A stretch of DNA of 64,000 nucleotides from Octopus sinensis (lineage: Eukaryota), in the NCBI RefSeq assembly GCF_006345805.1, contig NC_042998.1, positions 14,322,001-14,386,000 of the forward strand, read 5' to 3'. Below are positions 49,362 to 62,239 of the stretch, piece by piece (position 1 is the stretch's first letter; every line of letters starts with the position of its first letter). Both the position numbers and the translations under genes were made by a program. The notes below the pieces were generated by a model that saw nothing but the letters and a program-made list of their open reading frames with translations, was not told the DNA's origin and made no database searches.

Positions 49362-50269
49362 AGCGCATGTGTACATGTGTGTGTGTTAAAATACACACAC
49401 AATTCACATAAACTTTTCTAGGACCTCTTGCATATGAACGTATGTATCTATCTCCGTATCTCTAAATGTACTCCCCCAATACATTGTATATACATATATT
49501 TGTGCGTGTATGTATGTATGTATGTATGTATGTGTGTATGTGTGTATGTATGTATGTGTGTATGTATGTATTTATGTATGTATGTACGTATGATGAATGT
49601 ATGTACGTATGTATGTATGTATGTATGAATGTATGTACGTATGTATGTATGTATGTATGTATGTATGTATCCAGATGGATATATATATATATATTATACA
49701 CATGATATGCATATGTTTTTGCACCTAACCAATATTCTGCGGATGGCTTTGAACGACGTTGGAGAAATTGCAGTCGAATCAACCATCCATCAAATTAAGA
49801 CAACTGTAATTAAGACGAACAGCAGCGAGTAACAACAATATCAGAGGCAACAACAGCAACAACAACAATACGAGAGAAATGAATGCCTGTTGAAAAGACA
49901 ATATCAAACAAACCACCCGGATGTGCTTTATTATACTCACACCATTTACATTTTAAACCGTCTAAAGAACTAATGATATAGAACCGAAAATGGGAAAAAT
50001 AAATAAATGTATCAATGTATGAAAAATGGAGACTGATATGTCTAATTCCGCAAAATATGTACATACATAATTATAGATTTTCACCAATGTGAGCAGGAAC
50101 ATATGTTAGAACTGTTCCTAGCCATGTGTTAAAACTATTCCACAGCATTGCGAAGAACCATATATGGGAGTATTGATTGCTTTTCATCTTTTTTTTAATG
50201 TTCTTTTGTTATTTTTTCTTTATTTCTTTCTGTCTGTGCAAAGAATACACACACACACACAAAACACAC

Positions 50270-50302
<33 letters not shown>

Positions 50303-50339
50303 TGTTATACATGTGTGTGTGTATGTATGTATGTATGTA

Positions 50340-50372
<33 letters not shown>

Positions 50373-51575
50373 AGGAAGAACCGTTTAGACATACCACTGT
50401 ATTTTAATGCTAAACATATTTTATCGACCTGACTGGGAATATAAACCAAGTGCTTGGCCAGATTTTCCCATTTTTATGGGACACCGTGTCTTTTGAGAAG
50501 ATAAAAAGTTTCCTCACCATCGAGACTTGATAGAAATGCTTACAACAAAGTCCTTATTTGCGCTTTCAGATGAACGTAACATTTGAATTGACTTCATTGT
50601 CAATCCTTATGACACCGTTAAGGATTATTCGTCTTAAAATTCAAGAGTGATTTCCTGTTGCATTCTTTCAGATATTCTTTTCATATATCAAAAATACGCC
50701 ATCTTTTCTATTTTATACCGCAAAGTAGATATTTTTGTCAGTACATTCAGAAAATATTTTAAAAGAAAGTAGAGAGACAGAGAAAATACTTAAAAGTATG
50801 CGTTAATGATTCTATCGTTAATGATTCTATCAATAATAGGAAATCGGTTGGCAAAACTTCCTTCGGTTGAATTTGGACTCATTATATTATAGAACCAAAA
50901 AGCACAGATACCCCGCAAGGTATTATATTCGACGTGCTAACAATCCAGCCAATTTGTCAAATTGTATCAGGCTAAGACCTACTAANNNNNNNNNNNNNNN
51001 NNNNNNNNNNNNNNNNNNNNNNNNNNNNNNNNNNNNNNNNNNNNNNNNNNNNNNNNNNNNNNNNNNNNNNNNNNNNNNNNNNNNNCTATATACGTATGTA
51101 TGTATTCTGTCAGAGTAATCTATGATGCAATTGAAAAGCAATCGTAGCCAACTTCGGTTATATCCCGCTGGATGTGGTTAAAGTAGTTTATTCAGCATTT
51201 TAGCTTAAGAAATTGTGTAAACGTTAGTGTATGTGTGTATGTGAATGTGTGTGTGTCTGTGTGTGTGTGTGTGTATGTGTACGAACTAGCTCGATATGTA
51301 CCTCATATGGCAACAACATTATGTTAAACGAAAACAGCAAGAAGTAGCTATTACATGACCAATAGGCAAAAAAAAAAAGGAAACTTATAATGGCTGAAAA
51401 AATAAAGTTGCATAGGAGTGTTGTGTTTTTATAGTTATGTATGTGTGCACGAATTTGTCTATCTATCCGTCTATCTATATACACATACGTGGACACACAC
51501 GCATACACACATATACATATATAGATGCATACATATAAATACACATACACATATATATATACATGTATGTGTATT

Positions 51576-51606
<31 letters not shown>

Positions 51607-51871
51607 TACCCACACATATATGTATCTATATATACATACTATCATAACATGTATATATACATATGTATGGTTAGCAATACATATAAATGTTTTATTGTCC
51701 ATAAATAAACACATATATTTGTAAATATGTATTTGTATGTATATTATATAATACGTAGTATAAAATCCATGGAAACACAACACACAGACTCACAAATACA
51801 TGTATGTCTGTCTATCGGTTTATCTATCAATCTATTTATCTACCTATCTATATATCTATCTATTTTGCTAG

Positions 51872-51920
<49 letters not shown>

Positions 51921-52331
51921 CAAATATACATACTACATATATATATACATATATTTGCAAGTATGTATGTGTGTATGTGTGATACCAATGAAAATCTAAA
52001 TGCAATTACAGACAGTAACATTATTTCGTATATATGAACGTAAATATACAAACGTGACATGTGATCCTTCACATATCCTTTTCTCCGATACACGCCACAG
52101 TTTGATACCGCTTTTCTTAATAAAAACACGTTTTAACTCAGCATGATGGGTCCCAGATGTATTAACTACATGCATATTAAATGATATGCATAATAGAAAT
52201 TCTAATATTTAGTGTAACTTATATATAAATTGGTAATATTCTGATATATCAGTAAATTTGGTGTTGTCTAATAGTATCCCCATAATTTTGTTTTTTATCG
52301 TTCAACTATATATATCTACTTATGTATGTGC

Positions 52332-52385
<54 letters not shown>
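49294..52385. repeat. Several (TA)n/(TATG)n/(TG)n tracts (49294-49700, 50250-50370, 51220-51960, 52330-52385)
   Basis: Visible; unique sequence lies between them. Confidence 0.85.
50986..51085. other. Assembly gap (100 N)
   Basis: Run of N. Confidence 1.
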
Positions 52386-52391
<6 letters not shown>

Positions 52392-52618
52392 TAATATAAC
52401 CAGCTAAGTGCAATATAAAAACCATAACAGAAAAGTTTAATTGTCACTAATTGTGAATGAGCGTACTGAATACCCACTATTTTGCAAGAATATGAGTTAC
52501 AATCCTTAAGGCAGCATAAAGTGCACAATTTATATACACTGACAAGGGAGATAACCATTCAATGAGCAAAGTATGAGCAAACGAGGAACAGGTCTCGTTT
52601 GTTAGTTGCAGACTCGTC

Positions 52619-52653
<35 letters not shown>

Positions 52654-52719
52654 CAGTAAATAAATAATAATGATACTAATAATAACAACAACAGCAATAA
52701 TAAGTACAAAATGATATGA

Positions 52720-53560
52720 AGAATAATTAGGCAAGAAGGGTCTATGCAATCAATTTCATGTATCCACAACAGAATTTGCTGGAAAAAATAGGTACGAATG
52801 GCTGATGAAAGGAATTATTAAAAAAAGGAGAACGGGAGCACTCTTCTGGCAGCATAAGACCAAGCTTTTGCAACGAACTGGAGGGCCAGCTTTGCGAATG
52901 AGCAAGTGTCTCCTATGTGTGGCATCTGCGATAGAGTGGATGAAACCATTGCCCATATCACACACGAATGCCCTTAAACTTGCCCAAAACCACTACAAGG
53001 TGTGGCGACATAACCAGGTAGCGAAAGTGCTGCATTGGAAACTGTGCAAAAAGTGGGAGGATAGAGAGAGAGGCAAGACGAGGTATGAGCACAAGCCGCA
53101 GAGAGTGGCGGAGTCGGAGACAAGCAAAATCCTCTGGGATTTCCCAATCCAAACAGATCATGTGCTAGAGCATAACAGAACGGACCTAGGTCATCACATA
53201 TACTATATAGTTGACGTTGCACGCCTCTTTGACCCACGAATAGTCAAAAAGGAAAGCGAAAAGATAGATAAATACAACCCTCTTGAGCATGAAATAGCCC
53301 GGCTGCCAATTGTCGTTGGGTCCTTGGGAACAGTATCAGAAGACATCAAGAGGAATATAAAGGAAATTGGAATAGAGTGCCCAGTAGAACTGTTACAAAT
53401 GGTTTACCTCCTTGTCACGGCCAGAATAATCAGGAAAGTATTAGATAGAACTGAAAAGAACGAATAGCATGGTACCGTAGGCTGCAGGTAGTGAGCCCGC
53501 TACGCATGCAAGACTTCAGGAGCTCCAAGAAAATCTGTGATAAAGACAAAATAATAATAA
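52720..53560 (+). mobile_element. R4/Dong-clade LINE 3' portion (zinc knuckle remnant and restriction-like endonuclease), second family
   Basis: CLLC...LAQNHYKVWRHNQVAKVLHWKLC...ILWDFPIQTDHVLEHNRTD...KESEKIDKY...PIVVGSLG...TARIIRKVLD; TAA-rich flanks. Confidence 0.88.
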
Positions 53561-54400
53561 CAATAATATAATTGGTCAGCAAGCATTTAAGTCGATAAAG
53601 GGCAAATTCGTAAATATTATGATTAATTGAAATAATAAACCTCTTATAAACCACCATTTCACTGAAAACATAACAGGTTGATAGAAATCGGGCAACGAGC
53701 AAAGATATTAAGTTACCATCGCGGATGAGAGCCGCAGCATGAGGCAATATATATTCCTGTATCATATGATTTCGAATTTTGAGATTACTCCCTGAATTCT
53801 CATCAGAATGTCTCGCTATATACCTAGGGTTAAAAACTTACGCGCTTCATCGTGCCTGTCAATCACTGAACGGCTCACGCTAAATTCAAAAGGTGAACCC
53901 TCAATTATAATTTCAATTAATTATAAAATTTATGGATTTGCCGTTTATTGGCTTAAATGTTTGCTGGCATCTAATATTAGTATTATTATTATTCATTTAC
54001 TAATACTAATAAAAATTTCTTTATAAATGTTTATTCGAATATTTATTCATTTATGGATAATTATACTCTCACATCATTTTGAATTTGGCGCCAGCTCATT
54101 AGCGATTAACAAGCACGACGAAGCAAGTAAAATTTTTAACCCTAGATATTGAGTGAGACCTGGTGATGAGAATTAAGGGAGTAATCGCAAAATTCGAAAT
54201 CAAATGATAGAGGAATATCGTTTGATTCTGTGGCTATCAGCCGCGGTGGTAGTTTAATTTCTTCGTTCGTTGCCCGATTTCTGTCAACCTGTTATATTTC
54301 CTCTGAAATGGTGACTTATTAGATTATGTTTGACTCTTATTTCTAGCAACGCTGATACCTCGTATACCTTCAATTATAATTTCAATTAATTATAAAATTT
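53556..54400. mobile_element. Complex inverted structure, probably two opposed copies of an approx. 440-bp MITE
   Basis: 53645-53890 mirrors 54075-54320; 53556-53640 mirrors 53895-53995; partial third copy at 54366-54400. Confidence 0.65.
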
Positions 54401-54722
54401 ATATATATATATATTTACATACACACACACGAACACATGCGTGCGCTCATATATATGTCTGTGTGTGAGCATGTATGTACGTATATATGCTTATATATTT
54501 ATCAGTTACGTATATTGATGTTGACAAGAAAGCAAACTTTAAAAAATCTCAATGCGAGATGAAGTGATGAGGTGAGGTCTGTCAAATTTTTCACACCAAT
54601 CAGTGAAAACAGGCGATCGTCGTGTTAATAAGATGACGTCTTGTTTATTAAAGTCTGAGTTCTCCGCAACTAGCTCATTTCACTAACGTGTAACCTTCAA
54701 TTTGTGATTGCTCTTTGTACAG

Positions 54723-54757
54723 GGTCAACTCCGATCACGTTGGCTAGTGGGAAGTTG
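54723..54757 (+). CDS. Candidate 35-bp micro-exon
   Basis: CACTAAC upstream, acceptor CTCTTTGTACAG, donor TG|GTAATA; two phases open. Confidence 0.2.
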
Positions 54758-54771
54758 GTAATAGCTGAAAA

Positions 54772-55192
54772 AGGCGGCGAGCTGGCAGAAACGTTAGCAC
54801 GCCGGGCGAAATGCTTAGCGGTATTTCGTCTGCCGTTACGTTCTGAGTTCGAATTCCGCCGAGGTCGACATTGCCTTTCATCCTTTCGGGGTCGATAAAT
54901 TAAGTACCAGTTACGCACTGGGGTCGATGTAATCGACTTAATACCTATGTCTGTCCTTGTTTGTCCCCTCTATGTTTAGCCCCTTGTGGGTAATAAAGAA
55001 ATAGGTATTTCGTCTGCGGTTACGTTCCGTTCTGACTTCAAATTCCGCCGAAGTCGACTTTGTCGTTCATCCTTTCGGGGTCCATAAATTAAGTACCAGT
55101 TACGCACTGGGGTCGATATAATCAACTTGATCCTTTAGTCTGTCCTTGTTTGTCCCCTCTATGTTTAGCCCCTTGTGGGTAATAAAGAAATA
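54772..55192 (+). mobile_element. Family-B SINE dimer bounded by one TSD
   Basis: GGTAATAGCTG(G)AAAA at about 54757-54771 and 55193-55208. Confidence 0.92.
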
Positions 55193-55792
55193 GGTAATAG
55201 CTGGAAAATCTATGTCCCCTTCAGAGAAAGGAACAATCGTGAACTTTTATGTGCTCAAGGATTTATCATACAATGTGTCATAGTACGATTCTGTAAATGA
55301 CACTTCTGAACATGCATCAAATAAAATAAGTGGATCATCATGAGAGAGAACCTTCACAGAGAGAACCTTTAAAAAGTAGTCACAAGAAAAACTTCCTCTA
55401 GTAACCGAAACTGGATTGCAGACTTGATTTTGCCGAGATATTATCACTTACAATGCATCAAAACTTAGCAATATTTTACTTACTTACACTTTGGTAGACT
55501 TTTCCATTGAGAGTTTAGAGCCTTAGATACAATGCTCTGTCGAGAAGAGAACGCAGATCGGCGACCTTCAACTGGCAATAGCCATTGTTGTTGTTGCTGC
55601 TGCTTCTGCTGTTGCTGTTGCTGCCCTTTTTTGGTCAGCTATGGCTGAAGTAAACGATGGCTAAAGACCAAGCCGAAGATATGAGAAAATATACCTACAT
55701 AGACAACATACCATGCAGGAGAATCGAACCTTGGACTTCATGATAGGAAAGAAAATTACTTAAATATTTGGTTCATTGATGTTGTTCCTACG

Positions 55793-56535
55793 TATATTCT
55801 TTTCTACTCTAGGCACAAGGCCAGACATTTGGGGAGAGGGGGCCAGTCGATTAGATTGACTCCAGTACGCAACTGGTACTTAATTTATCGACCTCAAAAG
55901 GATATAAGACAAAGTCGACCGCGGCAGAATTTGACTCAGAACGTAAAGACAGACGAAATACCTATTTATTTACTACCCACAAGAGGCTAAATACAGAGAG
56001 GACAGACAAACAGATTAAGTCGATTATATCGACCCAGCGCGTAACTGGTACTGATTTAATCGACCCTGAAAGGATGAAAGTCGACCTCGGCGGAATTTGA
56101 ACTCAGAACGTAGCTACAGACAAAATACCCATTTCTTTACTACCCACAAGGGGCTAAACACAAAAGGGACAAACAAGGACAGACAAAGGGATTAAGTCGA
56201 TTGCATCGACCCCAGTGCGTAATTGGTACTTAATTTATCGACCCCGAAAGGATGAAAGGCAAAGTCGACCTCGGCGGAATTTGAACTCAGAACGTAACAG
56301 CAGACGAAATACCTATTCCTTTACTACCCACAAGGGGCTAAACACAGACGGCACAAACAAGGGACAGACAATGGGATTACGTCGATAACATTAACCCCAG
56401 TGCGCAACTGATACTTAATTTATCGACCCCGAAAGGATGAAAGGTAAAGTCGACCTCGGCGGAGTTTGAACTCAGAACGTAATGCCAGACGAAATACCAT
56501 TAAGCATTTCGCCCAGCGTGCTAACGCTTCTACCT
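55793..56535 (-). mobile_element. Family-B SINE tetramer (three tail-X units, terminal tail-Y unit)
   Basis: One head, four cores. Confidence 0.9.
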
Positions 56536-57685
56536 ACTTGCCCTCTTGTTCCTTGTATATTGCTTGATGCGTTAGAAATTTATACCAATTCTCCACATAT
56601 TACACCCCACAAAATTGAAGAGAGACCGTTACATTTGAAAATGTAGTCAATATATCGACCTAAAAGGACGAGATGATTATAGCTAGAATATCGTTGAAAC
56701 TACGTATATTAGCTCAGTTATAGTTCTCCTCACCTGGAGCTGAATAGCAGTAACTTCAGATATATTAAGGGAAGAGCACAGGAATTTATTTCTTCTCAGG
56801 GACATTAGCACCGAAAGTGTAAGTTTAAAGTGCCTTGATTTTCATAAACTAAACTCGGATTGCAAAATATGCTCTGTTCGTATATAGCAATAAAAATCAA
56901 TGAAGCTATTACAAGTAGCAAAGATATAATAATAATTATGATGCAAAACATTTATAGTACTCAAGAAAGCCATAAATGTCATTATAATAGCATCTCTATT
57001 ATTATTTTCTGAATATCATTTTATAACATTGTAGACCACCATGGAGAAAGAGATATGCTCCCAGCTGACGAAAATCACGATGCGCTTTCAATTTACAGCC
57101 AAAGGCATTTCACTTTGCGTATGCTACAAAAACATCTGTGAAAAAGCATAAAGGTCACACGTCCAATTTCCCCTCCTTACTATGTTCTTCGCATTCAGTC
57201 AAAAGAAAGCAATATCATTTTTACAACATAAGTAGATGTGTATATATATATGTATATATGTTTGACTGTCTACAAGATGTTGCATATATGCAAGCTGAAT
57301 GGTAAATAGATGCTTGCCATAAACTGAGATATTAACGAGTTGAACAATCAAAAAGACGATATTCTTAAAGTGTTTACCAGAATATTCTTTATAAAGAAAG
57401 AGACTCGACGATGATTACAGCAAAATAAACTGAAAATATATCATAAAGTAAAGAATGATAGACATTATAAAAATATGTCCAAATATTTTAAGGTATGAAA
57501 TGACACCAAGAAAACTAAATATAACCACAAGACATAAAAAATGCCTGTACATGTGTAGAGGCGTTGCGTTGCTACACGGTTAAAAATGTTCTTTTCGTTA
57601 ACGTCTGGTTCTGAGATCGGTCCCACAGCACGGTATATTGGTTTATCTGTCCCAGCGTTTAGGACGTCTTTTAATTTCAAGACAC

Positions 57686-58052
57686 TAGGGGCGACGCATT
57701 GTTTCGTGGTTAGGGTGTCAGACTTGTGATCGCAAGATTGTGGTTTCAATTCCCAGATTGGACGAAGCGATGAGTTCTTGAGCAAAACACTTCATTTCAC
57801 GTTGCTCCAGACTACTCAGACAAACTTGATCCGTTTGTCTGTCCTTGTTTGTCTTCTCTGTGTTTATCCCCTTGTTGTAAAGAAATAGGTATTTCGTTTG
57901 TCTTTACGTTGTGAGTTCGAATTCCACCGATGTCGGCTTTACCTTTCATCTTTTCGGCGTCAATAAATTATGTTGCGTACTGGAGTCGATCTAATCGCCT
58001 GGCCCCCTCCCCCAAAATTTTGTGCCTTCTACCTAGAGTAGAAAGGAATATA
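57686..58052 (+). mobile_element. Family-F SINE 5' part (57686-57812) followed by family-B fragments (57822-58052)
   Basis: Homology to other copies. Confidence 0.78.
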
Positions 58053-58194
58053 TTTTAATTAATGTGTTATACAGTGCAGTACTGTACTCAACCTTTATTA
58101 AGTTTTAGGCGTGAAAAAGCATATTTTACCACAGAAATAATTAAAATCTAATAAGATATAAGTACCTGTCGGCCACAGTAATGTGAAATATACT

Positions 58195-59185
58195 TTTCTA
58201 CTCTAGGCACAAGGTTCGAAATTTGGGGGCGGAGGCCAGTCTATTAGATCGACTCCTGTACTCAACTGGTACTTAATTTATTGACCCTGAAAGGATGAAA
58301 AGCAAAATCGACCTCGGCAGAATTTTAACGCAGAACGTAGACAGAAGAAATAAAAATTATTTCTACTCTAGCCACAAGACCCGAAATTTTGGGGAAGGGG
58401 GCCAGTCTATTAGATCGACTCCTGTACTCAACTGGTACTTAATTTATTGACCCTGAAAGGATGAAAAGCAAAGTCGACCTCGGCAGAATTTTAACGCAGA
58501 ACGTAGACAGAAGAAATAAAAATTATTTCTACTCTAGCCACAAGACCCGAAATTTTGGGGAAGGGGGCCAGTCTATTAGATCGACTCCTGTACTCAACTG
58601 GTACTTAATTTATTGACCCTGAAAGGATGAAAAGCAAAGTCGACCTCTCAGAATTTTAACGCAGAACGTAGACAGAAGAAATAAAAATTATTTCTACTCT
58701 AGCCACAAGACCCGAAATTTTGGGGAAGGGGGCCAGTCTATTAGATCGACTCCTGTACTCAACTGGTACTTAATTTATTGACCCTGAAAGGATGAAAAGC
58801 AAAGTCGACCTCGGCAGAATTTTAACGCAGAACGTAGACAGAAGAAATAAAAATTATTTCTACTCTAGCCACAAGACCCGAAATTTTGGGGAAGGGGGCC
58901 AGTCTATTAGATCGACTCCTGTACTCAACTGGTACTTAATTTATTGACCCTGAAAGGATGAAAAGTAAAGTCGACCTCGGCAGAATTTTAACGCAGAACG
59001 TAGACAGAAGAAATAAAAATTATTTCTACTCTAGCCACAAGACCCGAAATTTTGGGGAAGGGGGCCAGTTGATTAGATCGACTCCTGTATGCAAGTGGTA
59101 CTTAATTTATCGACCCCGAAAGGATGAAAGGCAAAGTCGACCTCAGTGGAATTTGAACTGAGAACGTAAAGACAGAAGAAATAGA
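58195..59185 (-). repeat. Hexameric tandem array of a 165-166-bp family-B (tail Y) unit
   Basis: Units start 58195, 58360, 58526, 58691, 58857, 59023; inner units nearly identical. Confidence 0.93.
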
Positions 59186-59231
59186 AATCTGCGATATACT
59201 CAGGAGTCCGTGATATAAATTTTCATATATT

Positions 59232-59437
59232 TATCTCTTTATTGCCCACAGGGGGCTAAGCATAAAGGGGACAAACAAGGACAGACAAAGGGATTAGTTC
59301 GATTGCATTGAACTCAGTGTGTAACTGGTACTTATATAATCGACCTCGAAAACATGAAAGATAAAATCGACCTCGGCGGAATTTGAATTCAAAACGTTTT
59401 GCCCGGCGTGCATACGATTCTGCCAGCTCACCGCCCT
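59232..59437 (-). mobile_element. Family-B SINE monomer (tail X)
   Basis: 15-bp TSD AAATTT(T/A)CATATATT at 59217-59231 and 59438-59452. Confidence 0.88.
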
Positions 59438-59849
59438 AAATTTACATATATTAACCAAAAAAATCCGCGATGTACTGAATGCGTGATAAGTGAACCGCGA
59501 TATGGCAAAGGATTTCTGTATATGCGTGATAGACATCGGGAAACCGGCCCTGTGCTTCTTACAGAGTAACGAGGAGTAACCACCGGCGGCTATTTGGCAG
59601 AAACATTGAATACTTGGCAACATTTGTTCAAACTCACTGTACTCTGAGTTTAAATTCCGCCTAATTTAATTTCTTACCATACTGGTAAGTGGAATCGGTA
59701 TTAATTGCCATTTGGTAATTATGATGAATTCTCTGGAGGCTGAAATAGTTTTAGTAATTTTATGTTATACAAATATAAGTAAACGAGAAACAATACCTGA
59801 TGATTCCTGCAACAAAATCATTAATTTTTCAACCATCTAAATTTTGTTT

Positions 59850-60070
59850 TTTATACTTGTTGCAGTCATTAGATTCCGGCCATACCAGAGCATCACCTTG
59901 AAAGATCTCTTAGTCGACTGAATCAACCCCCACTACATTTTTAAAGCCCGGTGCTACTTATTATATCGACTCTTTCCCGAAACGTCTAAGTTACAGGGAC
60001 GGAAAGACAATACTGGTTATCAAGCAATGGGGTGGGGGTCAAACACAAATACAAAGACACACACAAGTAT
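59850..60070 (-). mobile_element. Old diverged family-A-like SINE 3' half
   Basis: ACTTGTTGCAGTCATTAG...GGCCATACCAGAGCATCACC...GGTTATCAAGCAATG. Confidence 0.6.
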
Positions 60071-60120
60071 ATAGACATACATACATACATACATACATAC
60101 ATACATACATACATACATAC

Positions 60121-61175
60121 ATTAAGATAAAACTTACTTAGAAATGGATGCGTGCGTTCCGTCATATAATAACAAATTAATAAATAAAACATATGCATAT
60201 ATACATACATATATGTATGTACCTACATCTATATGTATATATACATGCATATATGGGTAGAGGACACCAAAAAAACGTCGAACACAATGAGAAACGAAAA
60301 CATAAACACAAAACCAAAGAAATGGACATTTTTCTTAAACAACGAAAAAATAGAGTACAAGACATACAACACAAGGAAAATTCCCATTCTTCAGCCGCCT
60401 CTATTCCATCTACTCCGCGTTTTGAAGGTAAAGGCGAGACAAGACTTCCTTGAAACAGTCCTTCCCGCAGAAGCAGATTAAATAAAATTTGCGATTTTTT
60501 TGCGGAGTGGTAAACTTGGTAACAAAAACAGGACAGTAAAGACAGTACAGAATATAAACAGTAAAAGACAGGACAAGGAGAATAACACTAACACAAACAT
60601 TGCGAACTGTTAAGCCAGAACGAAAGAAAAAAATATTATGAACGCTTTTGAGGACGGCAAGAGAAAGACAGGAAAGCCATCCACACTTGAAGGAAGCCAG
60701 GTCAGAAAGACAGTAGCAGACCTCTCGTCGCGGGTCAACGACGGGAGGGAGGAGGAAGAGCAAGAGAAAGGGAGAGAAAAAAGGGAACGGTTGTAGAGAA
60801 AACCAGAAAGAATGAAGAATGAGAGAGAGAGGGGGGGGCAGAAATGTTAAGAGTGTGCATCATTATTAATATTAAGATAAAACTTACTTAGAAATGGATG
60901 CATGCGTTCCGTCATATAATAACAAATTAATAAATAAAACATATGCATATATACATATATGTACGTACCTACATCTATATGTATATATACATGCATATAT
61001 GGGTAGATGACACCAAAAAAACGTCGAACACAATGAGAAACGAAAACATAAACAGAAAACCAAGGAACAGGACATTTTTCTTAACGAAAAAAAAAAGTAC
61101 AAGACATACAACACAAGGAAAATTCCCATTCTTCAGCCGCCTCTGTTTCATCTACTCCGCGGTAGATGAAACAGA
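60121..61175 (-). mobile_element. Tandem pair of Penelope-like repeat ends (approx. 290-bp direct repeat 60121-60419 / 60870-61160)
   Basis: Both copies end at TTATCTTAAT on the minus strand, carry CTGAAGA (60388-60394, 61130-61136) and share GTCCT.TACCCATATATGCA with 43664-43962. Confidence 0.55.
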
Positions 61176-62233
61176 TAAACAGTAAAACGTTGAACAAGAG
61201 TGGTCGTCGTTTGTCAACTGTGCTCTTCCCCAGTTCATTTTCCTGAATGGGCTGCAATTCTGGTTCAAGAAGAAACCGATACAAGGTGACTGGCATATGG
61301 AATGTTGCCAGACACTCACTTACCTCTACCAGGCGAGCAATGCGATCAGTGGAACATCTACTCCCGAGTTCTATAGAGGGAAAGAGCGATGACGCACTCA
61401 GAGAGGCGCTAGGCGTCGACTGACCAGTCTGTTCCGGTGGACTTTTGAGCCGGGAACTTCCAGAAATGGGTAACTTCCAGAAATCCCTAACTTGGCAGCG
61501 CTACTGTGAGGCATTGCCGGTTCAAGATAAACGCTACAGGCAAGGAAGTACTGTCTGGCGGGCTGCCCGAGATGAGCGCAGAATGACGAAAACGTTCTGC
61601 CCACACTCGTCCAGCGTCTGTACATTACTAACTTATGGAGTTGCGTTGAACAGATGTTATCACGTGTAGGACGTATCCAGCTATCGGCCGAGTCCATAGT
61701 GAAGATCGGTCCGCCGCCTTCCATTGGTCCGGAAGGGCAGGCAATTTTCCTCTGTCTGATGGCAGTAGTGAAGGAGGTTGTATAGTGAACCAGGTTGAGA
61801 GGACAGACACTTTTCTCTTCGGCCAATCCCTCATCAACTTTTTCAAATTTCACTTAGAAGGGAAGATGAGGGTGGAGAGAGAAATGCTGCTCCTCTCGAC
61901 CCTGTACATTTGCTAAAAAGTGGGCGACTGTAATGAAAATAGCCCGTGTGAGTAGACCTACTCTAATAATGCGCCTGTGGGCGAGTAAATTTGTGATGGA
62001 GAAGGGTGCCTTTCCTGACTGTCCTCGAATTGTCGGGTGGTTCAGTAATGATGGGATACCTGAGCTACCGCCGGGTGGTTACCCTACTACTGGGGAATTT
62101 TCATTGTTATACTCTTCTTGTTTGGTATTATTGTTATTGTTTTGTGTGCTCGTTGTTTTGTGTAAAACCCTCACTGTTCACGTCTACTGTATTGTTCCCT
62201 ATATGTCTGTCCTGGGGGCCAATAAAAGAAATT
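61176..62233 (+). mobile_element. 5'-truncated L1/Tx1-like LINE (ORF2 C-terminal zinc knuckle region, 3' UTR)
   Basis: CPR*AQNDENVLPTLVQ...LWSCVEQMLSR...IFLCLMAVVKEVV**TR resembles the CxxC..ETV.H.L..C knuckle; several stops; ends CAATAAAAGAAA. Confidence 0.65.
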
Positions 62234-62239
62234 ATTATT

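Larger units (their letters stand above)
58075..59518 (-). mobile_element. Tigger/pogo-like element interrupted by two family-B insertions
   Basis: End CTG|TA at 59518; pieces 59453-59518, 59183-59231 and 58075-58190 match 30782-30925 in order. Confidence 0.65.

Noticed and set aside
49947-49975. Minus-strand micro-exon candidate with GTGAGT donor (SLDGLKCKW)
   Set aside because: Isolated, with no compatible neighbouring exon found; within chance expectation.
50867-51141. ORFs spanning the N run
   Set aside because: Artefacts of the assembly gap.
57465-57785. 106-aa minus-strand ORF with a hydrophobic end
   Set aside because: The first third is antisense family-F SINE; the remainder has no recognised motif or clear splice context.
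61398-61853. 151-aa minus-strand ORF
   Set aside because: Antisense frame of the decayed plus-strand L1/Tx1-like ORF2.
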